This document shows positions 25,956 to 40,110 of a DNA stretch of 64,000 bases, one piece after another; the stretch's first letter is position 1, and every line of letters begins with the position of its first letter. Below the pieces are notes generated by a model. The model made no database searches. It was not told the DNA's origin and saw only the letters and a program-made list of their open reading frames with translations. Both the position numbers and the translations under genes were made by a program. Origin of the DNA: Glaucostegus cemiculus (lineage: Eukaryota); contig CDPCPM010000239.1 in the NCBI GenBank assembly GCA_976551045.1, positions 7,068,001-7,132,000 on the forward strand, given 5' to 3'.

Positions 25956-28469
25956 CCAGCTCAATAAAACTGCAGCTGGTTTCTGGAACGTTGTGTCCCA
26001 CTGTCCTCCATTGGTCACCTGTACCATCCAACGTGTCAGACGTAAGGTTGCATCAAAAAACCTGGGAGCAGCAACATCCCATGTTTGTCACATCACTCGG
26101 CCATTTTGCATCCCTGCCAGTTGGTGGAGTGTTCCCTCATCCCCTTTGGCCGACCTTGGCACCTCCAGCGATGTAAAATGGAGAGAGTCCGAGCTACTGA
26201 ATCTACCCCTGAATTCCATCCACATCAACAACTCCATAAAGCTAGTGTTGATTTCTCATAACATGAGTAGCTCGACTTAAACTGTTTCCAGTCAGGTGTT
26301 GCATGGTATGCTCCTGACCAATTCAGATGTGCTAACCACTTGTGCCATTGTGTTATGGTTCAATGTCACAATACTAACATTTGTTCCTTGTTCATGTCTG
26401 GAGGCAGGCTGATGGATCTAAACATTGCATCTGCTCCCACTTTGCACAGCATTCCCCCGCATTCTCTAATAAGACTGTTACAACAACGATAATAAAACAG
26501 CATGTACATAAGTTAAGTGATTCATCTGTGCTTGTTATAATTTCAATGAACATCTCCTTAGTTAAAGTTAAGAACCCATGAAGGCTTGAGGCTCAGATGT
26601 CAATAAGAGAAAAAACAGAGCATGAAAAAAAAGGTAAATTAAGGTAGTGATTAATTTTAATCATAGTGATTTACTTTCAAAACCTAAAAGGAACTCCATG
26701 CTTTGACACCTCAGGAAAAGAATTAGAAAAGTAGACAATTCATGTTTGGATCACTTTTGTATGTTGGAAGAACAAGAGTAGCCTGATTGGCTGGGTGGCA
26801 ACTCTATTTGAAGGCAGACTCAAAGCTGCTTAAAATGACTTTACACTCTGTAAGTAGGCATTGTAATATCCAAGTGATAAATTTGATTCTTTAACTTTAC
26901 CTCTGCTACAATAGACACTCCAGAATGATGCTTTTGTACAACCAGATAAACCAGCAGAAAACAGGCTTGAGAAAGAAATGTTTTTTTCCTTTGTCCCCAG
27001 GTACATGAGCTCTACACTTTATATTTGATTAAATTTAAGTCTGCTTGCTTCATCTGTTCCTTTTTCTGTGTGCCATTCTTCAAAATGATGTGATTTTGGG
27101 TTGCAATATTTTTAGACTATATTCTTGCAGTCACTGAGATGAGATAAGTCCCACCAAAACTGAACTGAATTGCTCTATTATTGTCAGAACTGTTTCTCTC
27201 ATGGAAAATATGCTCATATGAGATGTGATAATGTAACATTAGGGTTCAACTCTCACGTGCCACTGGAGTATGTGGTGACAGTCTGGCAGCCTTTGGACAA
27301 AACATGAGGTAGAGTAGAGAATAAAGCTGAACAGATGAGCTTTAAGGAAGCAGGTGAGTATCATATGGTGGTGAACTATAACCCAAGGAATCTCAAAGCA
27401 GCTGAAGTAGAAATGGTATCTGCAATGGGCAAAATGTGTAGTCTTCAGAGTCAGAATGTAGTAGAAATGAGGATAAGAAAAACAGAAAGAATGATATACA
27501 TCTCTAACGTTGAAATGACTTCTGTCCATATGGAATATTACCCCAAATTCAACCTTACATAAAGTGGCTTAAGCGACTGAGAATTCTTCAGCACAGTAAG
27601 AACAATAGGAAGGACACACTCATAAAAAGTGTTAGTCACAATCCTTAATATTTGTTTCTGTTGCAACATTGGGACAAATCTGTTCCATCGGTTCATCTGA
27701 TCATAGACGTTTGGTGACCTTTCTCCATTTCCTTTAATAGTCTCATCTAACAACAGTCTGTCAGTCTCAGATAGTTGACCCAGCAGCAACTGGTATTGGT
27801 GGAAGGAGGTTCATTATTTCTATTTTGTTCTGTCTGTGGAAGTGTTTTCTAATTTCACTCTTGAACGGTCTGGTTCTAATTTTTAACTTATGACCTAAAC
27901 TCATTAACCAATGCAAATAGTTTGTTTTCTTTCCATTTAATTAAGTTCGCTTAATATCTTGAAAACTCTGATTAAATCATCCTTCAATATTCCAAATAAC
28001 AGGCAATAGATCCCTGCAACCTTTCCTTGTAACAGAGATCAGCCATCACTCAGGTATGTTTATGAAGTACCTCTTCCAGTACATCCTTCCTGCTCAGAAA
28101 TGCTCACAGTTCTCCAGAGGTGATCTGATTAGGATTTTGCACAGCTGAAGCTTAGTTTCCACTTCCTTCTGTCTGGGGGTTGCCCCATAGATAAAAAGCC
28201 AACATTGTCTTGGACATTTGATGATTCTTCCATACCTGCCCCTGACATATTTCTCACTCTCGTTTGGTCTCCTCTGAGTTATTTTACAGTAGTATTTGAT
28301 TTTATCCAAACTGAATGACCTCAAGTTTTCCTATTCTACATAAAAACAAAAGAAAAATAATCAGAATTTGGCCACTCTGCCCTTGCTTTAACAGTCAATA
28401 AGATCATGGCTGATCTTTACCTTTGTACCATTTTCCTCAACAAGCCTCATACTCCTTTCCAAAAATCTA

Positions 28470-29389
28470 TTCAGAATCAGAATCAGAATCAGTTTTATTG
28501 TCACAACCATATACATACATAGGATGCATAGGAGCGAGATACCGTCCTCCTCAGGTGCTCGTCCCATAAAATAACATAACAACCAACAGAGACACACATA
28601 CACACTTGACAGAATAAACATTACAAAACATTAAACATTAAAAGCTATGGAAGTTAAAATTAAATTAGTACGCAGATTAAATTAAAAATGGCCAGTAAAT
28701 AAATAAATAGTTATTAAAGTGAACGGGCTGGTGTTGGGCATTTAAAGTGCTGGTGCATTTCTGTGCACCTAGCATCTCTTAGTGTTAACAAAGGAAGATG
28801 GAGGGATGAGAGAGTTTGCAGTTCTGATGGCTTGCGGAAAGAAGCTATTGTTCAGCCTGGTCGTTCTTGCCCTGATACATTTAAGCCTCCTCCCTGATGG
28901 CAAAATTGTAAAGAGGTGGTGGGAGGGGTGAGAAGGGTCGGCCATTATGCTTTTGGTCTTCCTCACACAACGGTCTTTGTATATGTCTGCAAGTGATGGA
29001 AGCGAGACACCTATGATCCACTCCGCAGACCTAACTATCTTCTGGAGGGACTTCCGCCCAGCAGCTGAGCAGCTTCCAAACCAAACAGTGATACATTGAG
29101 TTAGGATGCTCTCAATGGTCCCCCTATAGAAGGTTTTCATGACGGAGGGATGGGAGTTCGCTTTCCTCAGTCTCCGCAGGAAGTAGAGGCATTTCTGAGC
29201 TTTCTTCGTGAGGGCCATAATGTTAGTGGACCAGGTCAGGTCGTTGGTGATGTGCACCCCCAGGAACTTGGTGCTGCGTACTTGTTCCACAGCAGACCCG
29301 TTGATGGTCAGCGGAGCGTGCACATGGTGACCCCTCCTAAAATCCACTATCATCTCCTTGGTTTTATCCACATTCAAGGAGAGGTTTGT
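28470..29389 (-). mobile_element. Rex1/Babar-type LINE, 5'-truncated, intact RT C-terminal reading frame
   Basis: ORF 28769-29377 (202 aa) NVDKTKEMIVDFRR..KFLGVHITNDLTWS..LYFLRRLRK..FYRGTIESILT..RTTRLNNSFFPQAIR; (ATTCTG)n tail at 28470-28492; inserted in a CR1 3' end. Confidence 0.95.
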
Positions 29390-29431
29390 CTTGACTATAC
29401 TCAGTGATTGAGCCTACCCAGGTTGAACCCA

Positions 29432-29603
29432 GCGTTCAAGAAGCTCTTAGATCGGCACATGAATGTGAAGGAAATGGTAGGATATGGAAATTGTGTAGGC
29501 AGAAGGGATTAGTTTAGTTGGGCATTTAATTACTGATGCAATTGGTTTGGCACAACATTGTGGGCCAAAGGGCCTGTTCCTGTACTGTACTGTTCTATGT
29601 TCT
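29432..29603 (+). mobile_element. CR1 3' end
   Basis: TTCAAGAAGCTCTTAGATCGGCACATG..GTGGGCCAAAGGGCCTGTTCCTGTACTGTACTGTTCTATGTTCT. Confidence 0.85.
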
Positions 29604-30185
29604 TTTGGGTAGAGAATGCTAAAGATTCACTACTCTCTGGATGAAGAAATCTCTTCTCACAAGATCACAGAAAAGTAGGAGCAAGAGTAGGCCACCTGAC
29701 CCCTCAAGCCAGTCCCGCCATTCAATATGATCATGACTGATTTGCTCCATCAATTCCACCTCTGTTGCCAGATTCCATTGTCCTCAGTCCCCCAATCTTT
29801 CAAAAGTGTATCCATTTCAACTTTATATATTTCAAAGGAGCTAACCTCCAATACGTTCGGGGAAGAGTGTTCCAGAAATTCACCACTCTCAGTGAGGAGA
29901 AACTTCTACGGGTCTCAGTTTTAAATAACCAGCCCCTTATCTTGAAACTATGTCTCTATGTTCAATATTCTCCCAGGAGTGAAAGCGTTTTTTCATTTCG
30001 AGAATAACTTACCTTTGGTTCTTCTTACCAAAGTGCATAACCCCTCACTTCTCCACATTAAACTGCCAAATCTTTACTCACTCCCTATCTCATTACAGAC
30101 GCCATGCCCTCATCACAACTTGCCCCTCCTCGTTCCAGTTCTGAATGGCCAATCTCTTATTTTGAAACTGTGACCACTGGTGAAA

Positions 30186-31090
30186 TAGTCATGGAGCCTC
30201 TGAGTTGTACAACATAGAATCAGGCCCTTTGGCCCACCGTGCCTATGCTGACCAGCATGCCTATCCATACTAATTCCACTTGCCTGCATTAACTCCACAT
30301 CTCTCCATGCCCTGCTCATTCAAGTACCTGTCCAGCTGCTTCTTATCTGTTGTTACTGTTCCTGTCTCCACAGCTTCCATTTGCAGCTCATTCCAGATAA
30401 CAACTACTCTTTGTGTGAAAAATTTGCGCCTCAGATCCCCTACAACTTCCTCCCTCTCACCTTAAACCGACATCCTCTAGTTATCGACACCTCTACCACG
30501 GGAAACAGACACTGATATCTACTCTATCTATGTCTCTCATAATTTTATATACCTCTATGATGTCACCCCGCCCCAGCTTCCTTTGTTCCAGGCAAAACAG
30601 ACCCAGCCTATCCAGCCTATCCCTGTAAATAAAACCCTCCAGTCCAGGCAATATCCTTGTGAATCTTTTCTGCACCCTCTCTTGACTAAGCACACATTTT
30701 CTGTAGTGTGGCAACCAGAACTGTAAACAATACTCCAAGTGCAGCCTAACTAACATTTTGTACAACTGTAGCATCATATCCCAACCCTTGTACTCAGTGA
30801 CTCAACTGACAAAGGCAAGCATTTTGTATGTCTTCTTCACCACACAATCTACCTGTGTTACCACATTCAAGGAACTACGTACTTGAAGCCCCTAGTCTCT
30901 ATGTTGAACAACACTCCCAGGGCCTTGGCAATCACTGTATATGTCCTGACTTTGTCTAACTTCCCAAAATTCATCATTTTGCACTTTTCTGAGTTAAATT
31001 CCATCTGCCATTCTCCTGCCCAGCTCCCAAGTTGATCTAGATCTTGTTGTAACCTTAGACAATCTTCTTCACTGTCCACTATATCACCGA
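30186..31090 (-). mobile_element. CR1 LINE fragment
   Basis: ORF 30867-31079 DSEEDCLRLQQDLDQLGSWAGEWQMEFNSEKCK and ORF 30493-30777 [37 protein letters not shown]. Confidence 0.95.
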
Positions 31091-31889
31091 AGTTCTAAAT
31101 ATCCACTAAAGGGAAACATCACCCTTGCACATTTTGTACAGTCCAGTAATCTCCTCTCTTATTATTCCAAACTCTAGCACTTTTACTGTAGGCCCAGTCT
31201 GCTTATCCTCTCCTCACAGGGCAACCCCTTCCCAACCACCATCCCCATCCCAGGAGCACTGAAGTCCAGATCACTTTCTAAAATTATGTTTCCATTGATA
31301 CTTTGTGTCATTGCCAAACTTGGATAAGTTGAGGCCTCAACACAGACTCTTGTGAAACCCCACCAGCCATGTCTTGCCACTCAGAATGTTATCACTGCTA
31401 CCCGTTTCCTATCACTCAAGCTGACTCTAACCTGGTCAATAATTTGTATTCAGATGAATAAGCTCTAATTTTTGTTTGTAGTTTCTTGTGAGCTTTCTGG
31501 AAGTCCATTGATGTAAGTTTTCCCTGTTCTCAACTTTACCCACCTTTTCTAAAAGTTGACGAGACATATATTCCTATTCTTCTAATTCCTAGTCGACTCT
31601 CTCTGATGAGCTGGAAATTTTCATGGTGCTCAATCATTCTGCCCTTGATTATACACTCTATTATATCCTGCCAACATCCATTAGATCAACTGGTCAACGA
31701 TTCCCTAATTTTCATTTCTTACCTTCTTTTCAATAGCAGAGTGATTTGCATTACTTCCCAGTGATAGATTTAACACAATTCATAATACAATGATATGTTA
31801 CCAAATTGTGGAAAGATTAATTATTGAACTAATTTCTCCACAATTTATAATATGCTTAAATAAAAAAAAAGGAATGCTTAATAATAATG

Positions 31890-32400
31890 AGCAGAAAACA
31901 GAGAACAGGAATAAATTAGTCTTTTTCAGGATTGCTGCAAGAATCAATACTTGGACTTCAGCTATGTGGAATCCATATCATTGACTTAGATGAGGGAACT
32001 GATTGTAATGTATGCAAGTGTGTTGATGACACAATGAGACTGCAAATGGTTAGGAGCAGGTTGAGTGGATGACTAGGAAAGTAGCAGGTGGAATATTGTG
32101 AAAGTGTGTGTTTAGCAGAATGAATGGACATTTCTAAAGGCTGGGGGAGAACTATATATTTGGATGCAGAAGGGTGTTTGAGTAACCTTATGTGTGAAGC
32201 ATGTGGAACGTTATATCTTGAGAACAGCAATGTAAGAGGAAGACAAATGGTTTCCAAGCCTTTATTTCAAGAAGATAGAAGTATAAAAGTAAAGAGATGT
32301 ACTGCAATTATCCAGTTGATTTGTGTGTCCGTTCTTGGATTGCATTGCAAGGTTTTGAACTTCTTATGTTTGCCAAGGAAGAGGTTTAAAAAAAGTATTT
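31890..32400 (+). mobile_element. very old CR1 RT fragment
   Basis: TATCATTGACTTAGATGAGGGAACTGATTGTAATGTATGCAAGTGTGTTGATGACAC (decayed INDLDEG..KFADDT). Confidence 0.55.
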
Positions 32401-32519
32401 TTTATTTACTGATACTTTGGAATTTGCTTCTGAAACTTTTTGGCAAATGTAAAAGTAACTGGTACTTGCTTTTTATAAAATATCTCCAATGCTTGACAGT
32501 GAAGTTGCACGTAGGTCAT

Positions 32520-32815
32520 GGGCAGGCATGGTAGTGTAGCGTTTAGCATAACGCTATTACAGCGCCAGTGACCCAGGTTCAATTCCCACCACTGTCTGTA
32601 AGGAGGTTGTACGTTCTCCCCATGCATGCATGGGTTTCCTCTGGGTGTTCTGGCTTCCTCTCACATTCCAAAAATGTACTGGTTAGGAAGTTGTGGGCAT
32701 GCTATGTTGGCACAGGAAGCGTGGTGACACTTATGGGCTGCCCCTAGAACATTCTATGCAAATGATGCATTTCACTGTGTGTTTCGATGTACATGTCACT
32801 AATAAAGATATCTTA
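32520..32815 (+). mobile_element. V-SINE, second subfamily with non-CR1 tail
   Basis: tRNA head and V domain, then GGAAGTTGTGGGCATGCTATGTTGGC..GATGCATTTCACTGTGTGTTTCGATGTACATGTCACTAATAAAG. Confidence 0.9.
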
Positions 32816-33829
32816 TTAACCCATCAATGTAAATTTTTTAAGGTTCTAAATAGTGATCATACTATGGCAGTCAAGGTGGAGATGATTGTAATTCCTCTGT
32901 CAATTAAGTATGGCGTCCATATTGCTATATGGAACTGCTTAACATAATGGAAATAACTTATACTTAACTATTTTTCACCCAATGTACATCCAGAAAAAAA
33001 TGCAGAAGATTTTCTGCGGTATCTGTTTCCTGTCTTCTTTCATACACTATTTTCTGAATACATTTATTTTGTTTCCTTGGAGATCTGACTGCCATGAACT
33101 ATATGACCCACCACGCCTCCTATTCAACTACTAACACATTACTGTCAATAAACACATTGTTTTTGTCAGAGAGTCCCTGTGTTAACCCATAAAGGAAAGT
33201 CCACAGGCCAGATGCTAAGATGCAAAACAAAGATTAATACTTACATTACTTCCCTTTCCAGATGGTCTGAATTTTCACTTCTGCTGAGGAGAAGGTGCAA
33301 AGATTCAGAGGGAGAAATGAAGGGATTCTTCAGGAATGTGCCCAGAACATTTGGAATTTTCTTAGTAGGCTGCATAATACCCCAAGGTCCTCTGAACTGA
33401 ACACATATTTAAAACTAAATCCAGTACTTACCTCACAAATAATGTCATAGTTTCAAAGAAAGTTGGAAGGAGCGCTTGAAATGAAAGAGGAGACTATTGT
33501 TCCACTTTGCCATAAATCCTAGTCCTTTGGTTGAGACCTTATTTCACTTGATCTTTCCTTGCTAAACCCACTTAAGACCAGCGACCTGCCACAATTATGA
33601 ATTAAATAATTAATCATTCTTTTGCTTATATATTACATACTGGGGCAAAAACTATCCAAGAGGTCAACAAAAAAATCTGTAAGAGCTGAAAACTTTAAAT
33701 AAGGAGAAGCATTGCCAAAAATGTCCGTCAGTGTCTGAGCTGAGAAAGGATCATCTCCAAACATTTTCTGTTCTCACTATACTGTTTTATGAGCAGAATC
33801 AATGTAAGAGTAACCTAGATAGCCCAACA

Positions 33830-35330
33830 CCCTTATCCTCTCCTCACTTTACAGAAAATCCTTACCTTTCTGAATCTTACCCAGCTCCCTTTTGAACATT
33901 ACAATTGACTCTGTCTCCACTACTTTCCCTGATTATCTCTAATAGTGCATTTCAGACCCTAACAGCTCACTGTGTAAAACAGGTTTTCTTTTGTCACTTT
34001 TCATCCTGTTACCTATCACCTCTATTCTGCATCTCATAGCTTTACCACTTTCACTCCACCTGCTGAGTTTGTCTGCTTCAGGATTTTAAGTGTCTCTTAT
34101 CAGATTCCCTTGCAACCTCCTCTGTCCCAAGAAGGACAACCTCAGCTACATCATCAAAGACCCTCGTTCTTGGAATCACTTTGGAAAATCTCTACTGCAC
34201 CCTGTCAAAACACTTACTTCTTTCCCAAAGTATGTTACACGGAACTGGACAAAATATTCCAGTGGTGGTCAAGCCAGTGTTTAATGAAGGTTCATCATGA
34301 CTTCTTTGCTCTTGTACTTACTGTTTCATTAGAAAGCCCAGGATCCAGTACATCTCGCCAGTTTCTCAACCTGAATTGCCACTTTCAGCAATCTGTGAGC
34401 ATATACCCCAGATGTACCTTGTCTTGTGCCCTGGTAGAATCGTGTCCTCTGGTTTACATTGCCTCTCCTCACTCTTCCTACCAAAAAAGAACACTACATT
34501 TGTCTGTAGTAAATTTCATCTGCCACCTATCCACCCACTCCACCACTTTGTGTGTATCTCTTTATAGTTCATTATATCTTCAAGTATTTTGTCATCTTCA
34601 GGTTGGGAAATTGTGCCCTACACTCCCAAGTCTAACTTATTAGTGTATATTAAAAAAAGGTCTGTCCTCTAGAAAATCCCAACCAATACCTTCCTGCTTC
34701 AATGCAAAAAAAGAACAATATTTCACTGCTGCTCCCTGTTTCCTCTTCCTTAGCCAATTTTCTATCCTTGCTGATACAGTCCCCTTTATTCCATGTCCTT
34801 CAATCTTGGTCACAAGCCTATTATGTAACACCTTATCAATTGCTTTTTGCAAGTCCATATATGCCACATCAACCATCATTATCTCACACACCCTCTCTGC
34901 TACTTCATCAAGTTAATGAGACACAATTTGGCTTTAATGAACCCATGTTGGCTTTCTGTAAACAATCCACAGCTACTTCTATCTCTTGCTATTATTTCTA
35001 GAACTTAGCTAACAAGATGAAACTGATTGGTACCTTGTTAACAAGGATGTAACTTCTGCCACTTTCAGGTCTTTAGCCATCACCCTGAACTCTTAGAAGT
35101 TTGGAAAACATGGCTGGGGCTGCTGTAATCAGCTCCCTTACTTTCCCGACAACCTAGATGCATCTCATCTGGACCTGGTGGCTTATCCAATTTAATTGTA
35201 GCAATCCTTTCCAGTGCCACCTCTTTATTTTTTATTTTTACTCCATCCAGTGTTATTTATTAAGACTCTGGCAGCGTTTGCCTTCTCGGTAAATATTGAT
35301 GTGGAGTTCTCATTTGGTAGTTCAGCCTCT
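33830..35330 (-). mobile_element. old CR1 LINE spanning RT domain
   Basis: ORF 34640-34891 VDVAYMDLQKAIDKVLHNRLVTKIEGHGIKG..WLRKRKQ (CR1 RT motif D.VY.DF.KAFDKV.H.RL). Confidence 0.85.
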
Positions 35331-38300
35331 ATGAGTAAATTTCCTTTTCTTCTCTGATTCACACTAAATCTCCCTTTATCCCCCCCCCTTTCCTTTCCAG
35401 ATGGCTATAGAATATGTATGTTTTTTTCTGTCCTTCTGATCCTTCCTTATGCTCTCTCTTTGTTTACTTTTATTTTCCTTTATTATTCCATATACAGTTT
35501 TGAATTTCTTTTCAAGCTTCTATGCTACAGACTTGTTCACCATTCTTCTCCATGGACCCCAATATCTCCTCTCAATCTTATGTGGAAGTTTCAGAACTGG
35601 AAAAGGTCAGTGCAGTCCAATATGGAACAGATTTCAATGTTTCTAGAACCATGTCTAGTATAAAATAGTAACCAATCTTTTCATTGCTCTTTAGTTATCC
35701 ATGTGTGTTATATCAGTGTTATTGCCAAGGAATTCATCTGCAATTTTTATTAAGCATCAGCCACTTTAGGAGCCTGTTCATAATGTGTCTCTTATACATT
35801 AGGAACAATGACAAGGCATTAGTAGGAAACTTCCAGCCACTGAATGAACTTGACAGTTCATGTGTTCTTCCTGCATATTTTCTGAATTATAATGTTTTTC
35901 ACAAAAATGTTTTTATTGTAAAGTATGAAACAAATTCAAATGCCACAATGCTGCAATATTAAATAATCATCACAGTAAATCAACATCAGCAACAAATCAA
36001 TTTATTCTTTATTTTACAAAGATATTCTGGAATAGGTCAATTTACTTAAGAAAGAAAAATACATTACTGATCTGCCATTTCCTTAGAAAAGAGAACTATC
36101 AAATATTAATAATATTATTCATATTTTCTTGACTGGTGTTCAGAATAAAATAATGTCACTTCTTTTATTAAAGGTAGGCAAGGACTCATGGATCTGCAAA
36201 ACTTATGTTACCAAAAGTGTTTTGGTTTCCTTATAATTCCTGTGGCATATGTTTGGCATTAATAAGCAGATGATATGTAAAAAAAAGTCAATGTGTTTAT
36301 CCAGCCCTCAGCTGTCTGATCAACCTGAACAGCTGAGATGCTTTGCCAAACAAAAGAGAAACAAAGACGGGATTCAGGATTGCTAATGTGATCAAGCTTC
36401 CTTCATACGTGAGTCAAATCTGTCAGCCAATCTGACTAATGTTGTTAAACAATTTTTGTGGTTAGCAGGACTGGAATTAGTGCTGATGCTCCATGATGTA
36501 ATGCTAACACTCACTGATAAGTCTCACAGATCAGGAATGTTGAGAAATACAATGAATATGAATTAACATTGTGTCAGAAAAGCATCAAATCAGCATTTTT
36601 AACAAATACATGAAAAGGAAACCAGATTAGACAGAAATTTTAGATTAAAATGATTGAAGCCACTTGGATATTTGTAGGTTTCCTTTGATCTTGAGAAAAG
36701 TCGATACTGAAGAAACCAGTGTCTGCATTATGATAACACATCAATTTAAACTGTGAGGATCATCATCCTAAACAGATATATATTGTTTCTCCTGAAAATA
36801 CATCCCTTTGTTTAGTTTCCTGGTACCCTTCCACTTTTGCCTGAAGTTCTTTCAGTTATGATTGCCTAAAAATAGTCCTTCCATTGCTGAGTGTTAAAAT
36901 CTGGGCTTGCTTACAAAAGGATGAACACATTTGCAAGAAGACATATTTCCCAGTACAACTCACAAAGGCCTGGCATCCATTCATTTCCTCTTGCACATAG
37001 TGGCTTGTGATTTTCTGTTCTCTGAGGGTGTAATATAAACGCAAGCTGTTGTTATCCTTCTGTTAGTAATTTGATCTGTTAATGAATTTGTATAAGAAGT
37101 TTTAACCAAAATGGTGTGGTATTTTTGGTATCTTCTGAGTATTTGGAATCAGATAGTTAGCATTCAACGTAGTCAGCAGCCATCAACTTATATTAGTTTG
37201 GGTTTAATCACTGGAATCTGGTTGGTCCAAGTTTGGTCGATTGGGTAGAAGTGAAGAGGGTCCTTACAGATATGAGGTAGAGTTACTGCTTGGTGTTCCA
37301 GTTTTTCTAGAGCAAAAGAGCATGTAATTTTGAGAACAAATTAAGTTCAGTGCAAATTAAGCTTCCTTGTTATTTTGTGATAGAACATTGCACTAAAAGC
37401 CTGCCCTACCCACAAAAACAATCACATTTCAATGAGTGGTTTAGTCATCATTAAAATTTGCTCAAATGACACCTATTTGCAGACCTGAGAGGCTCTAAAA
37501 ATTAAATTGGCTTCTCTAGATGTAAGAACACTTTGAACCATTTTAACCATTAAGTATAACCAAATAGCACTATCAATAATTCTGTATAACCTTTAGATGT
37601 CGGTTTTAAATATCTTAAGATCAAGTTACTTGTGAGTGGTGGAATTGACATATATGAAAGCATTGAATGCACTCTGCAGTTGTGAAATTGTGTTGTGTTC
37701 TTTCCTCAAGCTTCATTCCATTGAATTTAATAGTGGTAGAGGCAGTGTACAAACAACCATTTAATATATTTAGCAATATCAACACAAGATGAATTTCCAG
37801 GCAATGACATAAAATGCTTATTTTCTTCTGCAAATGTATTTTCAGCTGCATTAATCAGATGGCACAAGAGCTATCACCACTGTGTTTTACAAATAAAATA
37901 ATCTTTTCCAAATGTGAATTTTAATATTTTATTTCACAGTTTACTTCAGTATTTTGGGGGTGAACAAATAGTTCCATACAGTTATACATTTATAAATAGA
38001 ATCAAATGGCAAAACCAAGTTTGAACATTTAAACATCTTTGTTGAGACAAGGTAGTTCACATCAATATTCTACAAGGTTCTAAGGACAAAACTTAGACCT
38101 CCAAAATATTCTCTTTTACCATAGTATAGTGAGAGGTGGTTCACTGGATTTACAAACACCCCAAGTTTCAGTTGGTAGAACAAATATGATTGTGGCTATG
38201 TCTGTTGTACTAAGTGGCAAAATAGCCTGTCTGGAATCTCCCTTGAAATCATCCTGGGTCTACTTTATCTATGCCAGAATGGTGTAAAATATCTTCGCAT

Positions 38301-38492
38301 TTCAAGTTGACTAGTGTCTGGTTCTACTACCTAGAATTTCATCTATTGTCCTCAGTACCCAAAGAGTATTTCTTCAGTGAGGTCCCACTGTGAGCTGGTA
38401 GCCTGCTCCCTTAACAGACAATGATGATTGTTTATGCTCATGCCCTTGTCATTTCAAAGCCAATTACTGCTTGTAAATTACATTTGGAAGTA

Positions 38493-39092
38493 ATAGAACC
38501 ACAGAACAATATAGCACAATGTTGTGGCGTCCATCAAACCTCACACTATCTAACTCTTTCCTCCCACATATCCCTCTATCCCACATTCCTCCATATGCCT
38601 ATCCAACAATCTCTTGAACCTGTCCAATGTATCTGCCTCCACCACGACCCCAGGCAGCGCATTCCATGCACCAACCATTCTCTTGGTGAAAAACCTCCCT
38701 CTGACATCTCCCCTGAACTTTCCACCCAATTCCTTAAAGCTATGCCCTCTTGTCTTGAGCATCTGTGCCCTGGGAAGGAAGCGCTGGCTGTCAACTCTAT
38801 CTATTCCTCTCAATATTTTATACACCTCTATCAAGTCTCCTCTCATCCTCCTCCTCTCCAATGAGTAAAGCCTTAGCACCTTAAGCCTCTCCTCATATTC
38901 CATACCATCTAATCCAGGCAACATCCTAGTAAGTCACCTCTGTACCCTCTCCAATGCCTCCACATCCTTCCTATAATGCGGCAACCAGAACTGAACACAG
39001 TACTCTAAGCATGGTCTAACTAGAGTTTAGTAAAGCTGCATCATCACTTTGCAGCTCTTAAACTCAATCCCATGATTTATAAAAGCTAACAT
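38493..39092 (-). mobile_element. young CR1 3' fragment
   Basis: ORF 38550-38924 MLPGLDGMEYEERLKVLRLYSLERRRMRGDLIEVYKILRGID..FFTKRMVGAWNALP, no stops. Confidence 0.95.
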
Positions 39093-39790
39093 ATTTAACA
39101 TAAAATACACAATATGAAGGCTGGTTCTTGTTTGTATTAATGGTTACTACTTTATGCCCTCTGATTATGACTGCTATTCCAGAACAATGGTTCAATGTTC
39201 TTTGCATTGAATTCTATTAGGCATGATGCTCTGAATATGCAAGAGTGGTTGATCAATCTATGACATGTCCTATGCTGTATACACACTATAAAATATATTT
39301 CCCATCGAATAAGATATATTGTTTCTAGATCTACAAATATGAGATCAAAAGACTTAAGGCACAACATTAGTTCTGGCAATGGAAACAAGGTACCTGGTAC
39401 CTGAAGAAGTAGCTCTCCTCATGATTGGTTCTCAGTCTGCTTGATTTCAACAGAGGCTGGTTTTCTCATTTTCCAATGGCCAAATTCTTCCTCAGAACCC
39501 TGAGGAATATTGATGTGAACTACCTTGCCTCAACAAAGATGTTTGAATGTTCAAACTTGGTTTTGCCATTTGTTTCTATTTATAAATGTATAACCGTATG
39601 GAGCCATTTGTTCACACCCAAGATACTGAAGTAAACCGTGAAGTAAAATATTAAAATTCAAGACTTTTGAGCTCTAACTGTTCAATAATTTATCCTCCAA
39701 AGAGTCGTAGTTAGTCAATCAAATAGTATTTAACTGTTGCATAGGAGGCTGCCAACCATCATTCTACTGGTAAGGATAGTAGTTGAGATT

Positions 39791-39806
39791 GGGGGGGGGG
39801 GGGGGG
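39791..39806 (+). repeat. G16 homopolymer
   Basis: 16 consecutive G. Confidence 0.9.
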
Positions 39807-39859
39807 AAAGCTATTTCAAAATCTACCACAGGCATCCTTGGTTCCAGTGGCCTCCCTTC

Positions 39860-40110
39860 AGTATTGAATGGTTCCCTTGTACGATAAGATGGACTCTTGA
39901 CCTCACAATCTACCTCGTTATGATCTTGCACCTTATTGTCTCCCTGCACTGCACTTCCTCTGTAGCTGTGACACTTTACTCTGTATTCTGTATTCTCTAA
40001 CCTTGTACTACCTCAATGTACTGTGTGATGAATTGATCTGTATGAACGGTATGCAAGACAAGGTTTTCACTGGACCTTGGTACAAGTGACATTATTAAAC
40101 CAATTCCAAT
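39860..40110 (+). mobile_element. LINE 3' UTR, probably Rex1-type
   Basis: Ends TTTTCACTGGACCTTGGTACAAGTGACATTATTAAACCAATTCCAAT (stem-loop, AATAAA-like signal, short tandem tail), as in the other Rex-type tails here. Confidence 0.55.

Noticed and set aside
28769-29377. Host gene or domesticated RT
   Set aside because: 5'-truncated mid-domain, has a LINE tandem tail and sits inside another repeat; it is a TE fragment.
35531-35605. 75-nt exon candidate (CTACAG|...AAG|GTCAGT)
   Set aside because: No recognisable peptide or partner exons; such signals are expected by chance.
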